Of a stretch of 64,000 nucleotides of DNA, positions 12,078 through 24,646 are shown piece by piece. The notes under the pieces are model-generated. The model saw nothing but the letters and a program-made list of their open reading frames with translations. It was not told the origin of the DNA and did not search any database. Each line of letters opens with the position of its first letter. The first letter of the stretch is position 1. The position numbers and the translations under genes are program-made. The stretch is from Felis catus (taxonomy: Eukaryota): positions 24,864,001 to 24,928,000 of the forward strand of contig NC_058383.1 in the NCBI RefSeq assembly GCF_018350175.1, written 5' to 3'.

Positions 12078-14254
12078 TACCATTGACTTTAAACTCTAGC
12101 TCTGGAGCTTTCTGGCCTGAGTGGCTAATTGCCCTAGGCAGAGTAATATCTTCAGGAGTTCCCAAGGGGATGAAAGGAAACTTAGATGCCAGATGTGATG
12201 ATTAAAACATGGACTCCACTTCTTTCTCTAGGCCAGTGGGCAGGACACCAGGTGCAGCCAGAAAAAGAAAGAGCTATTGTTTCCTATGAAGGGAAATGAA
12301 AACTAGTATTTAAGAGTTTAAGCCAAATTAGTGACCTGCAATTCAGGGCCTCAGACAGTGTAGGTTAGATTAACATGCATATTGTTTCACACTTTACCCT
12401 AAATGTTGAGGCATGAGGGAGGTTTTTGGTTTGCCGCATTTCTCATTTATTCAGATGGATGTTCAGATCATGAAAAATAAGAAGAGAATGTACCAGCACA
12501 ATTAAATATTTTTGGAGTTATGTCATTTTCCTCCCTTACTCCTTTGGAATAGAACCCTTTGGAGGGGTTTCTGTCTGTTCTGTTCACTATTCTATCTCTA
12601 GCACTTTGGGTAATGCCTGGCACAAGGTAGCTTTCCCAGTGTTTGTTGAATGAATTAATGTATATCTTCCACAGAAACATTAACATGGATAGGCTCTTTT
12701 TTGAGAGACATTCTTTTTGCCCTTGCTTGGCTCACATATGAATTTTCCTTCCAAGGAGGTGTTTGTGGTCTGAATGCAACTATTATTTGGTTTTCCATTA
12801 TCAGCTGCCTGTCAGATTGAACGGTCATACTGACAAAATACCTAGAGGAGTGTGTTCCACTAATGGACTTGGAGTTTTTAATTTTGAATGGACTTATTAG
12901 TAACATACACATACACACATATACACATACATATACACACATACAAATGTTTTCTGTGGGCATGTGTCTTACATAAATAGAACTAGTGATTTGTCATTCC
13001 TAGTAAAACTATTAATTTGTCATCCCTAGTAAAACTCAGAGAGGGTCCAATTTGTATCAGGATAAACTATGCTATGCTGTGTATCAAATAATCACTCAGA
13101 TCTTGGTGGTGTATGGCATAACAAAGGTTTGCTTTGTTTTTGTTTGTTTGGTTTTTGTTTTTATTTTTATTTTTTTGCTCTTGCTACTTGTCCATGATGG
13201 GTCTTCAGTGACCTGGCTGATGGAACAACAATTATTTCAAGGGTTGCCAGTAGATGTGGAAGAGTAAACAATTATATCTTCTAGCCTAGAAAAGATGGAC
13301 ATCATTCCTACTCATTGGTCAGAACTCGCCCCTTGGCCAGAGTGCATATTCTCACATTACTTGGGGGATGAATAGCTGGGTAGTGACTACCATAGTTGTC
13401 CTTTTTCAAGAATATGTTAGATTCATTCTATTTTTAGAAGTCTTTCATAACATAACCCAGTAGAACTTTTCCAGAGGAGCAATACTTAAAAAAGTAAAGA
13501 CTTACCATTTTGTAAACCTAGCAAACTAGATCTTACATACAGTAGAGTGGTGACAACCGTAGACTTTTTGGAATCAGAGAGAATGAAGTTCAAATTTCAG
13601 CTCTGCTGCATAGTGGCTGTGGGGTATTATGTAAAACCCCACAGTGTCTCTAAGACACTTAGTGTCTTAGTGTTTTAGTGTCTCTAAACTAGACACTAGG
13701 GGTTTTAGTGTCTCTGAAACCCCTTAGTGTCTCTAAGATTAGTATTCTAATTTCTAAAATGCTTAACAGGATGAAATTGTTGTGAATAAAAAATGAAATT
13801 ATGTAGAAAGGTGTCCAACACCTTTGGACCAATTCAATACCTGTTAGCTAGCTTGAAAGATGGAAAAGTCTTAATATTTTATGAATTGGTGCCTCTTGGG
13901 CTAAGTGTTCTTGGCAGACAATGCTTTTATGTTCTCTGGAGGGCTGGCAATTAAGATTGCTCACATTTCTCTGTGGGAGAATGTTCTTGAAAGAGCAGTT
14001 CTTTTGAAATGATTCTTCAGCTCACTCCATTTAGAATTCATTAATTTTCTGCATCCACCCACAATCTTTCCACACATATTCTCCTTACTTCAGACTGTCT
14101 AGAAGTCTTAGTATTAGAGAGTCTGAACCTTAAATATCTATCAGAATCTCCAGGAAGATTTTCAAAGCACCTACGTCTGAGTCCCACTTCAGACCAATTA
14201 AATCAGACTCTCTGAGAGAGGGGACACAGTCATCTGTATTTTTAGAAAGTAATT

Positions 14255-14462
14255 CTTTCTTTTTTTAAATTTTTTTAACGTTTATTCATTTTTTGATAGA
14301 GACAGAGCGTGAGTGGGGGAGGGGCAGAGACAGAATCCAAAGCAAGCTCCAGGCTCTGACCTGTCAGCACAGAGCCTGACCTTGGGCTCGAACTCATGGA
14401 CCGTGAGATCATAACCTGAGCCGAAGTCGGATGCTCAACCGACTGAGCCACCCAGGCGCCCC
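14255..14462 (-). mobile_element. CAN-SINE inside a MER5-like element
   Basis: SINE body; TSD-like tttagaaagta on both sides. Confidence 0.85.
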
Positions 14463-14796
14463 ATTTAGAAAGTACTTCTTAGTGACTCTAATGAGCAGAG
14501 AGGACTGAGAACCACTGCTCTACATATCCTTGCTCTTGCCTACCTCTCTAGCCTTATCTATTCCCACTTTTCGCTCCCTTGCCCACCATGCTCCAGCCAT
14601 CTTTTTTGTTCATTGAACATGCCAAAGTTGTTCCTACTTCAGGGCCTTTGCATTCACTGTTCCCTTAGCCTGGAATACATCAACTCAAATTTTCAACTCA
14701 AATTTTCATATAACTGATTCTTGTTCACCAGTTATCAACTCAAATGTCACATTTTTAGAATGTCACATTATCACCCCTCATCCTGTATTATTTCCC

Positions 14797-15015
14797 TTTT
14801 TACAAATTTTTTTAACGTTTATTCATTTTTTGATAGAGAGAGACAGAACATGAGTGGGGGAGGGGCAGAGAGAGAGGGAGACACAGAATCTGAAAGAGCC
14901 TCCAGGTTCTGAAATGACAGCACAGAGCCCAACGCAGGGCTCGAACTCACGGACTGTGAAATCATGACCTGAGCGGGAGTCGGATGCTTAACTGACTGAG
15001 CCACCCAGGCGCCCC
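14797..15015 (-). mobile_element. CAN-SINE
   Basis: Typical felid SINE, reverse complement. Confidence 0.9.
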
Positions 15016-15096
15016 ATTATTTCCTTTCTAACACTTCATGGTATTTGAGCTATTGCTGATTAATTTGCTTGTTTACTGCCTATATCCTAATTATTC

Positions 15097-15150
15097 TTTT
15101 TTAATTTTTTAACATTTTTTATTTTTAAGACAGAGACAGAGCACGAGCAG

Positions 15151-15195
<45 letters not shown>

Positions 15196-15356
15196 GATGA
15201 GAATCTGAAGCAGGCTCCAAGCTTCGAGCAGTCAGCACAGAGCCCAACGCGGGCCTCAAACCCACCAACTGCGAGATCATGACTTGAGCCAAAGTCAGAT
15301 GCAAAACCGACTGACCCACCCAGGTACCACTATCCTAATGAGTTTTTAAAAAATAT

Positions 15357-15403
<47 letters not shown>

Positions 15404-15536
15404 TTTTGAGAGAGAGAGTGTGAGTAGGGGAGGGGCAGAGAACCCGACACAGGGCTTGATCCCACCAACCTTGAGATCATGATCTGAGCTGATGTCAAGA
15501 GTCTTATGCTTAACTGACTGAGCCACCCAGGTGCCC
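15097..15536 (-). mobile_element. Two tandem CAN-SINEs, the second with a (TTTA)n tail
   Basis: SINE bodies at about 15097-15329 and 15345-15536. Confidence 0.85.
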
Positions 15537-18373
15537 TTGACTATCTCTCATTATTATATGAGATCTACAAAGGTAAAGACTTTATCCGATTTATTCACTA
15601 TAGTATGCCCAAGGCATAGAACAGTATGTGACATAAGAGATACTTAAATAAACATTTGTTCAATAAATTATTTTTGTCTGCTGTTCACTGATATCATTAT
15701 ATAACATCATTTTAACAATAAATTCTTATGATGTATTTACAAAACAATTATTTCCTTATGAGCAAGTCTTGCAGCTTCTATATGTCCCATGCTCCTTTAC
15801 ACAATTTATATTAACTATTTGTTATAGGGAGAAAAAAGAAACAATCTGGATACATATCCATTGTTATTACTATCTTATACTATGACCTTTAGCCTATTTA
15901 GTTTTCCATTGTACCTACTTTTTTTCTCTTGCTGGTTACCATCATTCCAAAGATTTCTTGGGTTGGGAAGCATTGAAGTTGCTTTTCCCTAAACTCCTCT
16001 CTCTAGTGATCATTAAGAAGAAGAAAATGCATGGAACTTGAAGTCAAAGGTTTGAGTTCGAATTTTGCCCCGGAAACTTACCAGGGGAAACCACGTAACC
16101 TCTCTGAGCCTGTTAATGAAGTCAGGACACTAATAGCTCCTATCACAAAAAAAAAAAAAAAAAAAAAAAAATTGTATAAAATAAAATGAGAAACTATAGG
16201 TAAAATTACCTTGTATGTTGTGAAGATTCAGTAAATACATTAAAAAGATGTACCATTCAAAATACCACTTAGAATTTTGCCATTTCTTTCTGTCCCTCCT
16301 GCTATTGTATAAGAATCGGGGAAGGGATCTCCTTCTCAGTCTCCCTACCTCCATCCTTCTCTCTTCTGGACCATAAATATACTCTAGCCAAGCCTCTTAT
16401 TGAGGCAATCGTGTTCATTGTATTTCTGCCCTCCTTGGGAACCTGGTGGCTCTTTTACTTGTCATCCCCAGACTCCTCTGTCTGTTTCTCAAATTCCCTT
16501 AAAGTGTCCTTCTTGCTTCCTCATGGTTCACGGTGTATGATCGCTGCAGTGACTTAGAAATGACTGAGGCTTTTGGTGACAGATCACCTGAATAAATGAA
16601 TAGTTGGGATTTTGATGAAATAATGTCACTGCTTTTATACAGGTATTTCTATGAGAATCCCCCTTAGTCAAGTATAAATACTCGGTGCCTTCTGCTTCGT
16701 CTCACTTAGACTCCATTTTCTCATTTCTAAAACGGGACTAATCACAGTGCATACAGGTGTTTGCAGAATGAGTGAGAAAACATGTGGGATGCCTTTTGTG
16801 AAAACATCCTTGCAGTCTCAGAGCTTGCAAGTTACCTCCTTCTATCCCTTTGTACATGCCACATTACCTAGGTGGTCATAATTACCTGTTTACGGAAGAG
16901 AACACCCAGCTGCCTTAGATGTTGCCTTCTGCTTCTAAGGGAGGAAATTGTGTTTCAAGTGAGAAGTAAGAGTGTCAACTCATAGTCTGGGCATTTAGAA
17001 GTTATCTACCTAATCTTAGAAGTTGAGGTATAAGTTGTCCAAGGCCACACTACTGGTAAAAATTAGGATCATACTGGTAACGTTTTCATCAGTCTTCTGG
17101 TGCTAAATTCTGACCTCTTCCAGTGTACCAGCCTACTCTTCTAAATAATTATATAAAAATGTGTGCATTTTATTTTCATGTTTTAGGAAGTTGTTCATGC
17201 TCTCACATTGTACAATTTTCTCTTGGACCAGTCAGTATTGAAGGATGGAACTTTAGAAGTTTAGAAGTAGAAGGCACCATAGAGCTCCAGACACTTTACC
17301 CAACAAAAGAAAAGGAAATAATATCTACTTGCCTTGAGAGGTTGTGAAATCAAAGGAAAAAGTCACCTGCTCCCACACTGCAATTTCAGTTGAGAGTTAC
17401 TGACTCTTGAAACAGACATTTCTGAGGCAGATCAGACATTGTCTGTATTGATATACATGATGAGGAAAGCCTTGTATTATAAGATTAAGAAAAAAGCAGA
17501 ATATAAGATTATAAAAGCCAGAGAAGAAAGCCAGTGGGAACAAGTCCATTCATGAAAGTGTATTAAGAAATCCCAGATATTACCATGATTGAATTGAGGC
17601 ACTAAGAGAGACATGCATGGGGATATGGATTATCCTTTGGCTTCTGGGAGCTTCTACCAGCCACCATCAGAAATACTACTTTGGGGAATCCAGTTTGAAC
17701 ATTGCCTAGCTTAATAGTTTTCAAAGTATGTTTTGGGGATCTTTAGAATCAGAGTCATTTTGGGGTACTTTAACTTGTTACCCTATTTGCATTATTTCTC
17801 TCATTATTTGCATATACAGACATACATACACACATATGAATATGCACATATATATGTATATACACATTTTTTTCTAAATCTTTTGAAAGTTAGTTGCAGA
17901 CATTACTCTCTTCACATTTAAATTCTTCAGCATTCATCCTTGAAACATAAGGACACTCTCCTGTATAACAATAGTACTGTTTCACACCTAAAATAATTAA
18001 CCATAATTCCTTAATACAATTTATACCCATTCCAAACTAAAATCTCCTCAATTGTCTCAAAATGTCTTTTTTTTTTTTTTTTTAAAGATCTAGGATTCAA
18101 ACAAGATCCATGTGATGCATTTTGTTGTTATGTTTTGTTGGTCTTTTCTAACCTGGACAAATCCTTCTGCTTTGGTTCCCATGCCATTGTCTTTGAATCC
18201 AGGTGAGTAATCTTGTTGAATATCTCACATACTGCATGTGTGTGATTGTTTCCTCATTGCTGTGGTCTGAATATTTGCATTTCCCATCCCAAATTTGTTT
18301 TGAAATCCTATCCCCCAAGGTGATGATATTAGGAGGTGGGGACTTTGGGAGGTTATTAGGGATCACCTAATAG

Positions 18374-18376
18374 TAT

Positions 18377-18415
<39 letters not shown>

Positions 18416-18633
18416 TTTTTTATTTATTTATTTTTGAGAGAGATAGTGAGACAGAGTGCAAGCAGGGGAGGGGCAGAGAGAGAGGGAGACACAGAATCCA
18501 AAGCAGGCTCCAGGCTCTGAGCTGTCAGCACAAAGCCTGAACCCACAAACTGTGGTCTCAAACCCACAAACTGTGAGATCATGACCTGAGCCGAACGTTG
18601 GACAGTTAACTGACTGAGCCACCCAGGCAGCCC
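18374..18633 (-). mobile_element. CAN-SINE with (TTTA)n tail
   Basis: SINE body with an internal repeat of aacccacaaactgtg. Confidence 0.9.
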
Positions 18634-20156
18634 AAAACTACAATGTTTTTTAACCAATTGCAATGATTATTCTTTTTGATGCCTAAATTTTATCAAGTTA
18701 GGTCAATGACAGCCCTTTGACATGCCCCCATCATTATTTGATTACTTCTGTACTTTCTGATATAACAAGAGGTCGCAGGCTTACCTGGTATTTTCTCTGC
18801 TCTACACTTGGAAACATCAATTTCTCACAGGATCTCCTTGAAAAGGGAATGGTATTTAGAAGTCATGATCTAGGCTCTATGTTGATTCATTACTATTAGA
18901 CACCATTGTTTTGAGGACCTTTTAAGCATACAGAACTGAGAAAAACAATTTCCAAATCAAAATTAACATTACAGGTTTTTTTTTAATGTTTAAGGAACAT
19001 TTGTTTATCTTTTCCTGTAAACTGTCTATTCATGTATTTTGCCTAATTTCCTATCAAGTTTGATATTTTTCTTCTTTAAGAATTCTGGATATATCAGGGA
19101 TATAAACTCTCTATTTTTATGTAACTTGTCAATATTTTTACTCAGTACTTCCTTTGTAATATCTGACCCCCATTAACCATCCTGGAGCTAACTTCTGAAG
19201 AAGGGCTCCTATTCACACAAGCAAAATATGGGCAGAAGAAAATGGAACTCATGTTTTTCAGCTGTCAGGCACTGTTCTGGTTGAACATTTTCTCATTTGC
19301 AGCTCATAAAATGTCTTTGAATATTATTTCTTACCTGAAATCTACATGGCTAACATGTTTTAAAATTCAGTATTTTTCAGTTTTTATTAAGGTGATAATG
19401 ATATCTAGAGCCATGCTACTCCCCTTGCAGGATCGGAAGCTGCATCTTGAGATCATACTCATAAATAGTTCTGCATTGGTGAATATTCCTATTAATTAGA
19501 ACGAATAAAGACTATACATGGTTTCACTTCCTGATAGGTTGGGTTTTGTTGCCAAATGAGATATGAAAAGCACTTTTGATTTTCAGAGCTTCTCAGATTT
19601 CGGAATGGTAGATAAGAGATGTTGGACCTCTATCACCCTTTCTTTATAGGGAGGGGATAGGAGTTTTGGTGTTTGTTTCTTTGTTAACAAAACACATCCT
19701 CTGACTTTTATCCTTTTCTTCTTTTTCTCTTCGTTTTGTAAGGCAGGGAGGAGGGAGCAAACTTCAGAGCGTGAGGATTCAAGTGAATCCCATGAAAACT
19801 GTGGTGTCTCTCCCCTTCTCTTCCCTTCCCCCGCCTGCAGCCGGGGTGAGACTGAGATGTGTAGCCCCTCTGATAGCCCAGTATTCTTTATAACCAACAT
19901 TTAACCAATATTTGTTATACACTTGTTCAACATCTGTTTGGGGAAAAGGCTGTTTGCTGTATGGGGAGGTGAAAAAGAAGGGCGTAGGTGACAGCATGCA
20001 GCCTCATCCCCAGAGTTCCAAGCAAATCAGCTGTGCCGCCAGACTTGCATGCCCCTCTTAGCCAGAATGGAAGCTCTGCAGTTGGTCTGAACTACTTTCC
20101 GTAGTTGGGTGTGTTGCAACTACTTGCTTTTTCTCATCTGTCTTTTATAGGATTCT

Positions 20157-20486
20157 TTTTTTTTCCTTTTTTTTAATGTTTATTTATTTATTTATTTATT
20201 TATTTTTGTTTTATTTTTGTTTATTTTTTTCAATATATGAAATTTATTGTCAAATTGGTTTCCAAACACACCCAGTGCTCATTCCAAAAGGTGCCCTCCT
20301 CAATACCCATCACCCACCCTCCCCTCCCTCCCACCCCCCATCAACCCTCAGTTTGTTCTCAGTTTTTAAGAATCTCTTATGCTTTGGCTCTCTCCCACTC
20401 TAACCTCTTTTTTTTTTTTTCCTTCCCCTCCCCCATGGGTTTCTGTTAAGTTTCTCAGGATAAGTTTCACATAAGAGTGAAAACAT
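20157..20486 (-). mobile_element. 5'-truncated young L1 3' end
   Basis: 'gaaatttattgtcaaattggtttcca...catcaaccctcagtttgttctc' L1 3'UTR with T-rich tail and TSD taggattctt. Confidence 0.85.
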
Positions 20487-21587
20487 TAGGATTCTTACAA
20501 AGTATCCCAAATTACTTCCAGCCACACACTCTCAGTCTCTCTGAGAGGAATTATAATACTACATATTTCTTTGTCTTATTACATTTCTGGTTCCCTTTAT
20601 AGATTAAGCCCCAGACAAATATGTTGTAGGCCCTAGTCTGTAATGAAATATTTCCCCATTTGGGGGTTGTCTCACTTCATTGTCTCTCCCTTATCTGGCT
20701 GCATAAGGCCTCCTTCTGTCCTGTGGGAGTGTTATGGTTTTTATATTCTGGATTTTCATGTCCTGTCTCCTTTTCCATCAAAACCAACCTATCCTGTCTC
20801 CTTGTGCCTCAGGGCACTACTGAAAATCTGCTAAGTGATTTCATCATGTAAAGAAATGACTGGATTAATGATCCATTTCTCCCCCAGTTTTGATCTTTGA
20901 GATAATAATACCTGTACTCAAAGTTCTCTAATGGCGAGCAGGTATTTTAGGTCATAGCATGTAAGTGGAAGGACTGTATATTAAGGACTTTTAATTTCAT
21001 AATCACCACATCACCCTATGTTATTATCTCTTGCACACATAACTTTCATATGAATTATACTATGTGGAGTTTTAAAAAGTAGCTTCTGTTTGTAGCACAT
21101 TTGATAGCTAATGGGATACTATCTTTAGTTTGTAGCAAGCTCTTAAAAATCAATCAGAAAAAGACAAACATTCATATATTAAAATGAGAGAGAGACCAAT
21201 AAACATAAGAAAAATTTCAATCTTACTAATAATCAAAGAACAAATAAGACTAGCATGCAATATTTTTCACTTGTCACATGGCAAAAACTTAAAATCTGAT
21301 AATATCCTGTGTAACTTGCTCTTCTATTGTCTGAAAGAGTTTTTGTAAATTTGGTGTTATTTCTCCCATAAATTGTTGATAGGATTTACCAGTAAAACCA
21401 CTTGGGACTAGGGCTTTCCTTCTGGTAAGTTTGTTAATAAATATTTCAGTTATTACAATACATATTGGATTTTTCAGGCTTTTTGTTTTATTTTGTATGG
21501 TAAGTTATAAATTTTTTAAGGAATCTTTCCATTTCATCTATATTGTTGAATTTGTTGACACAAAACTGTTCATAGTATTTTCTTATT

Positions 21588-22490
21588 ATTTTTAAAATTT
21601 TTTTTTTTAACGTTTATTTATTTTTAAGACAATGCAAGAGACAGAGCGCAAGCAGCGGAGGGGCAGATAGAGGGAGACACAGAATCCAAAGTGGGCTCCA
21701 GGCTCTGAGCTATCAGCCCAGAGCCCGACGTGGGGCTTGAACTCACAAACCATGGGATCATGACCTGAGCTGAAGTCAGATGCTTAACCGACAGAGCCAC
21801 TCAGGCACCCCTCTTATTATCTTTTTAATATGTGTAAGTGATATCTGTAGTAATAACCCCTTTTTTTCTGATTTTGGCAAACAAAAATTTTATGGTAAAG
21901 GATGATCATCTGAGTGTTTGTAAAGTAAAAAAATTGAAAAACAAAACAAGGGTGCTGGGTGGCTCAGTTGGTTAAGTGTCTGACTCTTGGTTTCAGCTCA
22001 AGTCATGATTACATGGTTCATGAGTTTGAGACTGGAGTTGGGCTCTGCACTGACAACATGGGGCCTGCTTGGGATTCTCTCTCTCTCTCTCCCCCTCTCT
22101 CTCTGCCCTTCCTCTGCTCACATGCTCTCTCTCTCAAAATAAATAAACTTTAAAAAAGAAAAAAAAAAGCCCTCTGAATGTCCAACAATAAGAGATTAGT
22201 AAAGTAAAAAACTTTACCATTTTGACAGAATGAACTACTATGTGGCCCTTAAAATCATACTAAACTATAGGGGTGGCTGGGTGGCTCAGTCAGTTGAATG
22301 TCCAACTTTGGCTCAGGTCATGATCTCACAGTCTGTGAGTTTGGGCCCCACATTGAGTTCTGTGCTGACAGCTCAGAGCCTGGAGCCTACTTTGGATTCT
22401 GTGTTTCCCTCTCTCTCTCTAACCCTCCCCTGCTCAAACTCTCTTTCTCTCTCTTTCTCAAATAAGCATTTAAAAATTTATATTAAACTA
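21588..22490. mobile_element. Cluster of three CAN-SINEs (21588-21811 minus, 21950-22168 plus, 22270-22490 plus) among old L1 fragments
   Basis: Three recognisable SINE bodies. Confidence 0.85.
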
Positions 22491-22599
22491 TAATGAAATA
22501 CTATGGCATACATACCAGAATGACTAAAATTTAAAAGGTTCACAACAACAAGTGTTGGTGACGGTGTGGAGCAAATGGAACTTTTTAAAAAAAGCTTTT

Positions 22600-24170
22600 C
22601 TTTAAATTAGTTAACATATAGTTTAATATCAGTTTCAGGTGTACAATTTAGTGTTCAGTGATTCAGCACTTTCATACAATACCAGGTGTTCATCACAAGT
22701 GAAAAACGTGTATTCTGCTACTTTGTGATTGAATGTTGTGAATATATTTGTTAAGTCCATCTTGTCCAGTGTGTCATTCAAAGCCATTGTTTCCTAATTG
22801 ATCTTCTGCTTAGATATGTCCATTGCTATAAGTGGGGTGTTAAAGAGCCCTACTATTATTGTATTATTATAAATTAGTTGCTTTATGTTTGTGATTAATT
22901 GATTTACATATTTGGCTTCTTTCAAGTTGGGGGCCTAAATATTTATAATTGTTCGATCTTGTTGGACAGACCCCTTTATTATGATATAGTGTGTTTCTTC
23001 ATCTCTTATTACAGTCTTTGGCTTAAAATCTAGTTTGTCTGATAGAAATATGGCTACTCCAGGTTTCTTTTGATGTCTATTTGCATGATCAGTGACTCTC
23101 CACCCCCTCACTTTCAATCTGAAGGTGTCTTTGGGTCTAAAATTAGTCTCTTGCAAGCAGCCTATTGATGGGTTTTGTGTGTTTTTTAAAAATTTTTCTT
23201 AATGTTTATTTTTGAGAGAGACAGAGACAAATGGGTTAGAGGCAGAGAGAGAGGGAGACACAGAACCCAAAGCAGGCTCCAGGCTCTGAGCTGTCAGCAC
23301 AGAGCCCAACGCAGGGCTCAAACTCATGAGCTGTGAGATCATGACCTAAGCCAAAGTCGAACGCTCAACCAACTGAGCCACCCAGGCGCCCCGATGGGTT
23401 TTGTGTTTAATACATTCTGGTACCCTATGCCTTTTGATTAGAACATTTGGTCTATTTACATTCAGTAATTATTGATAAATATGAATTTAGTGTCATTGTA
23501 TTATCTATAAAGTTGCTGTTCCCTTGGATTATCTCTGTTCCTTTCTAGTCTTTGTTGCTTTTGGTCTCTCTTTCCTGCTCAAAGGTTTCCTTTAATATTA
23601 CTTGCAGAGCTGGTTTAGTGTTCACAAAATCCTTTAGTTTTTGCTTGTCTTGGAAACTCTGTATCTTTCTTTCTATTCTGAATGATGGCCTTGCTGGATA
23701 TAGTATTCTTGGCTACGTATTTTTCTTATTTAGGGCATTGAATATACTATGCCACTCCTGTCTGGCCTGACAAGTTTCTGTGGACAGGTCTGTTGCTAAG
23801 CTTACATGTGTCCCCTCATAGGTTAAGGACCTTTTGTCCCTCGCTGCTTTCAGGATTCTATTTTTATCTTTGTATTTTGTAATTTTCACAATGATGTGTC
23901 TTGGTGTTGACCTGTTTTTGTTGATTTTGAGGGGAGTTCTCTGTGCCTCTTGGAATTGAATACCTGTTTCCATCCCCAGATTAGGGAAGTTCTGAGCTAT
24001 AATTTGTTCAAAAAAACTTTCTGCCCATGTTTCCTACTTTACCTCTCCTGGGATCCCTATGAAACAGATATTATTGTGCTTTATGGAATCACTGAGTTCT
24101 CTAAGTTTATATATGTGATCTCATAGTTTTCCCTCCATCTTCTTTTCACCTTCATTACTTTTCAGAATTG
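22600..24170 (-). mobile_element. Rearranged carnivore L1 (short 3' end, endonuclease region, ORF1 3' part) with a nested SINE at about 23181-23392
   Basis: ORFs 22935-23156 (QETNFRPKDTFRLKVRGW..., ORF2p endonuclease) and 23713-23973 (QEAQRTPLKINKNRSTPRHIIVK, ORF1p). Confidence 0.9.
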
Positions 24171-24174
24171 AATC

Positions 24175-24595
24175 TTTTTTATTATTATTCTCAAATTAGT
24201 TAACATACAGTGTAGTTTTGGCTTTAGCAGTGGAACCCAGTGATTCACCTCTGACATATGACAGTGCTCATCCCGAAAACTGCCTTTCTTAATGCCTGTC
24301 ACCCAGTTAACCCACCTCCAGCCCAGCCCCCATCAACCCTCAGTTTGTTCTCTGTATATAAGAGTTTCTTGTGGTTTCTCTCTCTCTCTTTTTTTTATCT
24401 TATTTTTCCTTCCCTTCCCCTATGTTCATCTGTTAAGTTTCTCAAATTCCATGTATGAGTGAAATGATATGATATCTGTTTTTCTCTGACTGTCTTATTT
24501 CACTTATCACAATAACCTCCAGTTCCATCCATGTTGTGGCAAATGGCAAGATTTCATTCTTTTTCATTGATGAGTAGTATTCCACTGTGTGTGTG

Positions 24596-24646
<51 letters not shown>

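Larger units (their letters stand above)
5900..20150 (-). pseudogene. Decayed multi-exon relic with RGS22/RGSL1-like RGS-domain fragments
   Basis: About 14 co-oriented exon-like segments, most with AG and/or GT ends (e.g. 19488-19335, 10890-10786, 10679-10487, 9125-8970, 7288-7098). Motifs include LLGTLGMRL, RLWVDAE, FFFWLHL, PIFWILI, EVCSQKA and LLMSEPMRDTLFWISC, with many stops and frameshifts. Confidence 0.55.

Noticed and set aside
20905..20935. FEYR followed by GT, like RGS22 YFEYR
   Set aside because: Too short, with no supporting upstream similarity
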